The translations under genes and the position numbers were made by a program. This document shows positions 56,898 through 64,000 of a stretch of 64,000 bases of DNA, piece after piece. Origin of the DNA: Reinekea sp. (lineage in GTDB: Bacteria; Pseudomonadota; Gammaproteobacteria; Pseudomonadales; Natronospirillaceae); NCBI GenBank assembly GCA_037389025.1, contig JARRJP010000013.1, positions 54,305-118,304 on the forward strand. Direction: 5' to 3'. How positions within the stretch are numbered: position 1 is the first letter of the stretch; the number at the start of each line of letters is the position of its first letter. The notes under the pieces are model-generated. The model did not search any database and was not told the origin of the DNA. It saw only the letters and a program-made list of their open reading frames with translations.

Positions 56898-58274
56898 TTG
56901 AAAATCATCTTACTGGGTGCTGGTCAGGTTGGTGGCACATTGGCCGAAAACCTTGCTTCAGAAGAAAATGACATCACCATCATTGATACCGATGCCGCAC
57001 GATTACGTGAGTTACAGGACCGAATCGATATCCGCACGATAACCGGTTTGGCGTCGTTGCCTGATGTGCTCTCCAGAGCCGGGGCTGAAGATGCCGACAT
57101 GCTGATAGCGGTCACCAACAGTGATGAAGTGAACATGATCGCCTGTCAGGTTGCGCGCACCCTGTTTCGTACTCCCACCAAGATTGCCCGTATTCGTGAT
57201 CCGCAATATATCCGTGAAAGCGACAAACTGTTTACGCCGGAGACAGTGCCGGTTGATGTTCTGATCAGCCCCGAGCAATTAGTTACCAACTACATTCACC
57301 GTCTCATCGATACGCCGGGAGCACTTCAAGTACTGGATTTTGCCGACGGCAAACTGCAACTGGTGGCGGTGAAAGCAGTTCACGGTGGGTTGCTTGTGGG
57401 GCAGGAGCTGCGTTTTCTGAAGCATCATATGCCATCAATCGACACTCGGGTTGCCGCCATATTCCGTAAAGGCCGCGCCATTATTCCAGAAGGGTCGACG
57501 GTGATAGAAGCCGAAGATGAGGTCTTTTTCCTCGCTGGCAGCAGCGATATTCGGGCTGTTATGAGTGAGCTGCGCCGCAAGGAAAGCAATTACAAGCGCA
57601 TCGTCATTGCCGGGGGAGGAAACATTGGTTATCGGCTGGCCAGAAGCATCGAAAACCGCTATTCCGTCAAAGTTCTGGAGCATAATGAAAAACGCTGTCA
57701 TTGGCTCAGTAACCATTTGAAGCATGCCATCGTGCTGCGCGGTGATGCCTCGGATCAGGAATTGCTGCTGGATGAGAACATCGAAGATACTGACGTCTTC
57801 CTGGCCCTGACCAACGATGATGAAGCCAACATAATGGCCTCAATGCTGGCCAAACGCCTGGGGGCGCGCAAGGTGATGACGCTGATTAACAACACCGCCT
57901 ACGTTGACCTGGTTCAGGGAGGGGATATTGATATCGCTATTTCACCATCACAGTCCACTATCGGCAGCTTGTTGACTCATGTGCGGCGTGGCGACATTGT
58001 GAATGTTCACTCACTGCGTCGTGGTGCAGCCGAAGCGATTGAGGCGGTTGCTCATGGTGATCGCAAGTCATCGAAGGTGGTTGGTCGTGCGATAGAAGAC
58101 ATTGATTTGCCCGAAGGCTGCTCAATCGGGGCTATCGTGCGTAACGACGAAGTCATTATCGCTCATGACCACACCGTTATTGAAACCGACGACCACGTGA
58201 TATTGTTTCTGATCGATAAACGTTACACGGCGGATGTTGAACGTCTGTTCCAGGTCGGTTTTACCTTTTTCTAA
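56898..58274 (+). CDS. trkA: Trk system K+ uptake protein TrkA
   Basis: TTG 56898 gives the canonical 458-aa TrkA starting (M)[16 protein letters not shown]. The upstream 60 codons of ORF 56718 are repeat-derived. Confidence 0.9.
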   Translation: MKIILLGAGQVGGTLAENLASEENDITIIDTDAARLRELQDRIDIRTITGLASLPDVLSRAGAEDADMLIAVTNSDEVNMIACQVARTLFRTPTKIARIRDPQYIRESDKLFTPETVPVDVLISPEQLVTNYIHRLIDTPGALQVLDFADGKLQLVAVKAVHGGLLVGQELRFLKHHMPSIDTRVAAIFRKGRAIIPEGSTVIEAEDEVFFLAGSSDIRAVMSELRRKESNYKRIVIAGGGNIGYRLARSIENRYSVKVLEHNEKRCHWLSNHLKHAIVLRGDASDQELLLDENIEDTDVFLALTNDDEANIMASMLAKRLGARKVMTLINNTAYVDLVQGGDIDIAISPSQSTIGSLLTHVRRGDIVNVHSLRRGAAEAIEAVAHGDRKSSKVVGRAIEDIDLPEGCSIGAIVRNDEVIIAHDHTVIETDDHVILFLIDKRYTADVERLFQVGFTFF

Positions 58275-58289
58275 ACGAAGGATCGCTTT

Positions 58290-59738
58290 ATGCAGTTTCG
58301 ACTGACTTTGAAAATACTGGGCTTGTTGCTCATGGTTTTCAGCCTGTCGATGTTACCGTCCATTGTTGTTTCACTGCTATATGACGATGGCGCACATATC
58401 GCGTTTATCATCACGTTTCTGTTGGAGCTGGCCTGCGGATTTTGCATGTGGTACCCGGTACGCCGACATAATCGGGATTTGCGCACTCGCGATGGCTTTA
58501 TTGTAACCGTCATGTTCTGGCTGGTACTGGCGGTGGCCGGGTCAGTGCCGCTCTACCTGGCACCGACGATGGAGCTTGATTACACTGATGCGTTTTTTGA
58601 GTCGTTAAGTGGTTTAACGACGACCGGTGCTACGGTCATTACCGGCATTGATTTTCTGCCCAAGAGCATTCTTTTTTATCGCCAGCAACTGCAGTGGCTG
58701 GGAGGAATGGGCATTATTGTTCTGGCCGTTGCCGTGTTGCCGATTCTGGGTATTGGTGGAATGCAGTTGTATCGTGCTGAAACACCAGGACCGATGAAAG
58801 ACTCGAAACTGACGCCGCGTATTGCCGAGACGGCCAAGGCGTTGTGGTACATCTATCTGGCGCTCACCATTGTCTGTGCCTTGGCCTATTGGCTGGCCGG
58901 AATGGATGGATTTGATGCGATATCGCACAGCTTTTCAACAGTCGCCATTGGCGGTTTTTCCACTCATGACGCCTCTATCGGTTACTTCAACAGCGTTGCG
59001 ATTGAAATGGTGGCGGTTGTGTTCATGCTGCTGTCGGCTGCCAACTTCGCTCTGCACTATGTGGCGTGGAACTCCAAATCTGTAAAGCATTACCTCAGGG
59101 ATCCCGAGTATAAATTCTTCCTGCAGATTGCATTGTTACTGGTATTGCTGACGATTTTGGTACTTTGGATCAGTCATTCCTCCAACTTCTGGGAAGCCGC
59201 CCGCTACGGTTTGTTTGAAACCGTCAGTGTGCTGACCACGACCGGCTATGGTTCAACAGGCTTTTCCAGCTGGCCACATCTGCTGCCCTATTTATTGTTC
59301 ATGTCTTCATTTATTGGTGGTTGCGCGGGATCGACCGCCGGCGGCATGAAAGTTATGCGTGTGCTGTTGATTCTTAAGCAAGGGATTCGTGAAATAAAAC
59401 GTTTGATTCATCCGGCCGGGGTTTTCCCGATTAAAGTTGGCAATCTTGGGGTTGGTGATAAGGTGGTGGAGTCGGTCTGGGGATTTTTCAGCGTTTATAT
59501 TATGGTTTACGCAGTCAATTTTTCTGGATTGTTAGCAACCGGGCTGGACTTCCATACGGCATGGTCAGCCGTTGGTTCGGCTCTGAACAATCTCGGGCCA
59601 GGTTTGGGGGATGTGGCTTTGAACTATGGTTCCATCCCGGGTGCAGCAAAGTGGTTGCTGTGCGTGGCTATGTTGCTGGGACGATTGGAGATATTTACAT
59701 TGCTGGTTCTGTTAACGCCGCAATACTGGCGCTCCTGA
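58290..59738 (+). CDS. trkH: Trk system K+ uptake protein TrkH
   Basis: 482-aa polytopic membrane protein with repeated TTTG/GxG selectivity-filter-like motifs (SGLTTTGATV, LTTTGYGS). Confidence 0.9.
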   Translation: MQFRLTLKILGLLLMVFSLSMLPSIVVSLLYDDGAHIAFIITFLLELACGFCMWYPVRRHNRDLRTRDGFIVTVMFWLVLAVAGSVPLYLAPTMELDYTDAFFESLSGLTTTGATVITGIDFLPKSILFYRQQLQWLGGMGIIVLAVAVLPILGIGGMQLYRAETPGPMKDSKLTPRIAETAKALWYIYLALTIVCALAYWLAGMDGFDAISHSFSTVAIGGFSTHDASIGYFNSVAIEMVAVVFMLLSAANFALHYVAWNSKSVKHYLRDPEYKFFLQIALLLVLLTILVLWISHSSNFWEAARYGLFETVSVLTTTGYGSTGFSSWPHLLPYLLFMSSFIGGCAGSTAGGMKVMRVLLILKQGIREIKRLIHPAGVFPIKVGNLGVGDKVVESVWGFFSVYIMVYAVNFSGLLATGLDFHTAWSAVGSALNNLGPGLGDVALNYGSIPGAAKWLLCVAMLLGRLEIFTLLVLLTPQYWRS

Positions 59739-59908
59739 GCAACTATGCCGACAGGGTGGCAAGGGGCATTTGCCCCTATAGAGCCTAGCCCGGAAACTTC
59801 ACCAAAGATCGAAGATAGGTGATAAATTGTCTTCCGCATCGACAAGTTAAGCTGCCCTACACTCGTGAGTTGCAGCAGATTTCCGAGCGTTTTGGTGAAT
59901 TTTCCTGA

Positions 59909-60553
59909 CTAGAATTCAAATGTAATTCCAAAACTAAGAGCCGAAATATCTATGCTGTAACCGTCAGGCACCTCAATGGTGTCTCCCTGATTGCTGCTGA
60001 CAGTGGTAAGTGAAGCGCTATTTGTTGAATAGCGAACAAATATTCCAGGTATTACCCTCTTTGGATTGTCTACATTTTGTATAGCCGTATATCTCAATTC
60101 AGCGTTATAGCCAAAAGAAGACGCCAGTTCGGCTATCACCTTATCACTACCTACTTGACCTACATATTTGGGCAGGAATAGATAGGAAAGCCCACCGGCA
60201 ATAGATAATTGACGACTGAGATCTAATTTACCTGTCAGGTAAACAGGCAGGTAACTGAAGCGATGATTCATTGCTTCCCCGCTGAGGCTATCACCGGTTT
60301 GTGCCTCCCAGTTCAATCCTGCTCTGAGGTTGAGTGCAGCAGGTCCTAGTTGGAATACATCTTTACTCAATAAAAAGCTAAAACCATCGCCTGGGACCAA
60401 CTTGTTTGTTGAGCCATCTGGATAGATATAGGTAAAAATAGGCTGGTCGCTCATTCCGACGCCGTAAGCCAAGTCGATACCCCACCCTTCGGCAATCGCT
60501 AAATTGAATACTGAGCTTGTTGCAAATAGAATTGTTGAAATTAAAGACTTCAT
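59909..60553 (-). CDS. Small outer-membrane beta-barrel protein
   Basis: Signal peptide MKSLISTILFATSSVFNLAIA, alternating strands and C-terminal ...FGITFEF. Confidence 0.6.
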   Translation of the reverse strand: MKSLISTILFATSSVFNLAIAEGWGIDLAYGVGMSDQPIFTYIYPDGSTNKLVPGDGFSFLLSKDVFQLGPAALNLRAGLNWEAQTGDSLSGEAMNHRFSYLPVYLTGKLDLSRQLSIAGGLSYLFLPKYVGQVGSDKVIAELASSFGYNAELRYTAIQNVDNPKRVIPGIFVRYSTNSASLTTVSSNQGDTIEVPDGYSIDISALSFGITFEF

Positions 60554-60783
60554 CTTATTCCTTGTATCACGTTCTAATCGTTAGTATATCTGGCCTCCTA
60601 TCATGCCGAATTTGACTCCGAGGCCTTTCCATCGACAGAGATATATTCGGGCATAGGTAGAAATTAATTATGACTTAAGTGTTAGGTTGATTCCAAGTAC
60701 AGTCGCCATATCCCATGACCACAGTAGGCACTGCATGTATAATGCCCTCCCATTTTTCAAGCTAATTTGACTGGAAGACCCTC

Positions 60784-61764
60784 GTGACAACCAAAACGCC
60801 AGAGACCAAAACCTTTCAAGGGCTGATTCTTACCCTGCAACAATACTGGGCCGATCAAGGCTGTGTCATTCTGCAACCACTGGATATGGAAGTTGGCGCC
60901 GGTACATCACATCCCGCAACCTTCTTACGCGCATTAGGCCCGGAGACATGGAACGCCGCCTATGTGCAGCCATCTCGACGCCCAACCGATGGTCGCTATG
61001 GAGAGAACCCGAACCGTTTGCAGCATTACTATCAGTATCAGGTGGTTCTGAAGCCGAACCCGGATAACTTTCAGGAATTGTATCTGGGTTCGCTGGCGGC
61101 GATCGGTGTTGATCTGGAAACCAACGATGTCCGTTTTGTTGAAGATAACTGGGAAAACCCGACGCTGGGTGCCTGGGGTCTTGGCTGGGAAATCTGGATG
61201 AATGGGATGGAAGTCACTCAGTTTACCTATTTTCAGCAGGTCGGCGGTATCGAATGTTATCCGGTAACCGGCGAAATTACCTACGGTCTGGAACGTCTTG
61301 CCATGTATATTCAGGGTGTTGACAGTGTTTATGATCTGATCTGGACCATTGGTCCGGATGGTAAACCAGTCACTTACGGTGATGTTTTCCATCAAAACGA
61401 AGTTGAGCAGTCCACCTACAACTTTGAATACGCCAATGTCGACGAACTGTTCCATCAGTTTGATTATCATGCCGCAGAAGCTGAAAAGCTGATTGAAAAT
61501 GATTTACCTCTACCTGCTTACGAGCAAATCTTAAAATCCGCTCATACCTTTAATCTGCTTGATGCCCGTAAAGCGATTTCTGTGACTGAGCGCCAACGTT
61601 ATATCCTGCAAATCCGCACCCTGTCGCGCACGGTTGCGCAATCCTATTTCAACTCTCGTTTGCGTCTGGGCTTCCCGCAAGCACCGGAAGCGTTGCGTAA
61701 TGAAGTGATTGCCAAAGAAAAAGCTGCAGCCGAAAAAGCGGCCAAGAAAAAGGGGAAAAAATAA
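60784..61764 (+). CDS. glyQ: Glycine--tRNA ligase alpha subunit
   Basis: [34 protein letters not shown]... is nearly identical in pattern to E. coli GlyQ. GTG start. Confidence 0.95.
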   Translation: MTTKTPETKTFQGLILTLQQYWADQGCVILQPLDMEVGAGTSHPATFLRALGPETWNAAYVQPSRRPTDGRYGENPNRLQHYYQYQVVLKPNPDNFQELYLGSLAAIGVDLETNDVRFVEDNWENPTLGAWGLGWEIWMNGMEVTQFTYFQQVGGIECYPVTGEITYGLERLAMYIQGVDSVYDLIWTIGPDGKPVTYGDVFHQNEVEQSTYNFEYANVDELFHQFDYHAAEAEKLIENDLPLPAYEQILKSAHTFNLLDARKAISVTERQRYILQIRTLSRTVAQSYFNSRLRLGFPQAPEALRNEVIAKEKAAAEKAAKKKGKK

Positions 61765-63809
61765 TGTCGCAAGCTGATTTTCTGATTGAACTGGGTACCG
61801 AAGAGTTACCACCAAAGGCACTGCGCAATCTTAAAAATGCGTTTGCGGATGGCATTATTGATCGCCTGCACAAGGCCGGACTATCATTTGAAACAGCTGA
61901 GAGCTACGCCGCTCCGCGTCGGCTCGCGTTGATGATAAATAAGCTGCAACTGAATCAACCGGATGAGACGATTGAACGTCGCGGGCCTTCCGCATCGGCA
62001 CCTGCAAAAGCGATTGAAGGTTTTGCGGCTTCGTGTGGAGTCAGTGTTGATCAACTGGAAACATTAGAAACAGATAAAGGCGCCTGGTTGGTTTATCGGG
62101 GAGTTAAACCTGGAAAGGAAACCAAGGCGTTATTACCTGAAATTATTCAGCAGACCCTGGATACCCTACCGATTCCAAAACGGATGCGCTGGGCAGATCG
62201 CCGTGATGAATTTGTTCGACCGGTAAAATGGTTATTGCTATTGCTGGGTGATGAAGTTGTTCCGGCTGAAATTTATGGCGTCAAGTCCGGCAATACAACG
62301 CGTGGTCATCGCTTCCATGCGCCGGGTGAGATCGTCATTCCTGACGCCGGCAGCTACGTCAGTCTGTTAGAGGATGAAGGTAAAGTTCTGGCGTCTTATG
62401 GGCAACGCCATCGTTTGATTGAAGCTGAAGCCAAAAAAGCCGCTGCGGAAAAAGGGGTGATTGCTGTTATCGATTCGGATCTGCTTGATGAAGTCACTGC
62501 ATTGACTGAATGGCCAGTTGCGCTCGTCGGTCAATTCGAAGAACGATTTCTCGATGTTCCTGCGGAAGCACTGATGTCCTCAATGGAAGAACATCAGAAG
62601 TATTTCCCGACGGTTGATCAGGATGGCAGAATTCAGCCTTATTTTGTTTTCATCGCTAACCTGGAATCGAAAGATCCTCAAGTGGTCATCCATGGTAATG
62701 AACGGGTGATCCGACCACGCCTCGCCGATGCGGCCTTCTTCTGGGAAACAGACAAGAAAACACCACTGGCTGACCGTGTTGAAAAACTGAAAACCGTTAA
62801 ATTCCAGGAACAGCTAGGCAGCGTTTACGACAAAGCAGAACGTATAAAAAATATCGCCGGGCACGTAGCAGAGCAGATAGATGCCTCGGTTTCAGAAGCT
62901 GAACGCGCAGCGTTTCTTGCCAAGGCAGACCTGGTCACAGACATGGTGTTTGAGTTTACCGATCTGCAAGGTATTGCTGGACGTTATTACGCGCTGTCCG
63001 ATGGTGAGCCAGAAGCTGTTGCTGAAGCGATTTTGGAACAATACAAACCAGCCGGTGCCGGTGATGCCTTACCTGCCTCACGGGAAGGTATGGCGGTAGC
63101 CCTGGCTGATCGCCTGGATAACCTGTCTGGTTTATTTGGTATTGGTCAACCGCCAACAGGTACTAAAGATCCGTTTGCACTGCGTCGTGCAGCACTGGGT
63201 GTTCTACGCATTATTGTTGAGCGAGAGCTGAATCTTGATTTGGCCGAGCTTGTGGAATTTGCCGCCCGCCAGCACGCCAATCTGCCAAAACAGGACAGTG
63301 TTGTTTCTGATGTTGTCAGCTATGCTCTGGATCGTTTCAGTGCCTGGTATGCCGATGAAGGTATTCGTACCGAAGTTTTCCAGTCGGTGCGGGCTTTGAA
63401 TCCAACGCGACCATACGACATTGATCTGCGAGTTCGTGCTGTCGCACAATTCAGTAAATTGGAGCAGGCAGAAGCGTTAGCCGCCGCCAATAAGCGAGTT
63501 TCCAATTTACTGGCAAAGGTTGACGGTGACATTACAAGTGATATTAACACTGCATTGTTTGAGCAGGCTGTTGAAGGTAAATTGCTTAGTGCTTTGGACG
63601 CTGTAACGCATAGTGTTACCGAGTCCGTTAATGCATCGGATTATGCGAAAGCATTAACCGACCTGGCTGGTCTGCGTGACGTTGTTGATAGATTTTTTGA
63701 TCAGGTCATGGTGATGGCCGAGGATTTGAACGTTAGAAATAATCGCTTGGCGCTGTTGGCAAAACTTCGCGGTCTGTTTATGCAGGTGGCTGATATTTCA
63801 GTTCTTTAA
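61764..63809 (+). CDS. glyS: Glycine--tRNA ligase beta subunit
   Basis: 681 aa. LIELGTEELPPKAL start. The start shares one base with the glyQ stop (TAATG, position 61764). Confidence 0.95.
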   Translation: MSQADFLIELGTEELPPKALRNLKNAFADGIIDRLHKAGLSFETAESYAAPRRLALMINKLQLNQPDETIERRGPSASAPAKAIEGFAASCGVSVDQLETLETDKGAWLVYRGVKPGKETKALLPEIIQQTLDTLPIPKRMRWADRRDEFVRPVKWLLLLLGDEVVPAEIYGVKSGNTTRGHRFHAPGEIVIPDAGSYVSLLEDEGKVLASYGQRHRLIEAEAKKAAAEKGVIAVIDSDLLDEVTALTEWPVALVGQFEERFLDVPAEALMSSMEEHQKYFPTVDQDGRIQPYFVFIANLESKDPQVVIHGNERVIRPRLADAAFFWETDKKTPLADRVEKLKTVKFQEQLGSVYDKAERIKNIAGHVAEQIDASVSEAERAAFLAKADLVTDMVFEFTDLQGIAGRYYALSDGEPEAVAEAILEQYKPAGAGDALPASREGMAVALADRLDNLSGLFGIGQPPTGTKDPFALRRAALGVLRIIVERELNLDLAELVEFAARQHANLPKQDSVVSDVVSYALDRFSAWYADEGIRTEVFQSVRALNPTRPYDIDLRVRAVAQFSKLEQAEALAAANKRVSNLLAKVDGDITSDINTALFEQAVEGKLLSALDAVTHSVTESVNASDYAKALTDLAGLRDVVDRFFDQVMVMAEDLNVRNNRLALLAKLRGLFMQVADISVL

Positions 63810-63840
63810 TCTTTTTATAACGCTCAAGTATTTATGAGAG

Positions 63841-63868
63841 GCAGGCTTTTCAGTCTGCCTTTTTATTT
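63841..63868 (+). terminator. Rho-independent terminator after glyS
   Basis: GCAGGCT-TTTC-AGTCTGC (7-bp stem including one G-T pair) followed by CTTTTTATTT. Confidence 0.6.
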
Positions 63869-63883
63869 GTGCTATTTTACACC

Positions 63884-63978
63884 TTTTCAATGAATCTATG
63901 GGTGCCCTACTATTTTTGCAAAACAAATAGAAATCAAGCATTTACACTCTGCATCCACTCTGGAGTCTCGGATTCAGG
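63884..63978 (-). repeat. Family-A repeat, truncated (right half only)
   Basis: ...TTTTCAATGAATCTATGGGTGCC...AAATAGAAATCAAGC...CATCCACTCTGGAGTCTCGGATTCAGG. Confidence 0.8.
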
Positions 63979-64000
63979 TTACAGTCTGCAAGATCCTGTT

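Overview
This 64-kb window is chromosomal DNA from a gammaproteobacterium. The gene order dprA-LysM-def-fmt-rsmB-trkA-trkH, glyQS, hemF-tsaC and comF/bioBFHCD looks Oceanospirillales- or Pseudomonas-like, but the taxon cannot be fixed from the sequence alone. Most of the window is ordinary core content: biotin synthesis, translation factors, K+ uptake, two-component systems, an H-NOX nitric-oxide sensing module and acetoacetyl-CoA synthetase. Three things stand out. (1) An AT-rich accessory island of about 18.9 kb (about 19554-38440) carries one long minus-strand operon of about 22 tightly packed ORFs. The operon runs from a small leader-like ORF through RibB-like, three aminotransferases (one frameshifted), a C26 gamma-glutamyl hydrolase/GATase, a KamA-type radical SAM enzyme, a methyltransferase, a cupin-like protein and a glycosyltransferase. 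It continues with an SDR, three paralogous dTMP-kinase-like P-loop kinases, two paralogous pol-beta nucleotidyltransferases, a PqqD-like (RiPP recognition element) protein and a metallophosphoesterase, and ends with PdxJ-like and two tail-end small ORFs. It has no transporter, integrase or NRPS/PKS, and is bordered by an AraC-type regulator and nested IS3/IS66 debris. I recognise no characterised pathway with this gene set and regard it as the best candidate for an undescribed biosynthetic or modification system. (2) A MITE-like repeat of about 160 bp (17-bp TIR CCTGAATCCGTGACTCC, 5-bp target duplications) occurs at least 12 times, as full, truncated or hairpin-only copies, always between genes. 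(3) A second 170-bp MITE with CTAG-flanked ends is present twice and brackets a winged-helix regulator. I saw no rRNA, tRNA, CRISPR array or prophage. GC statements are by eye, not computed.
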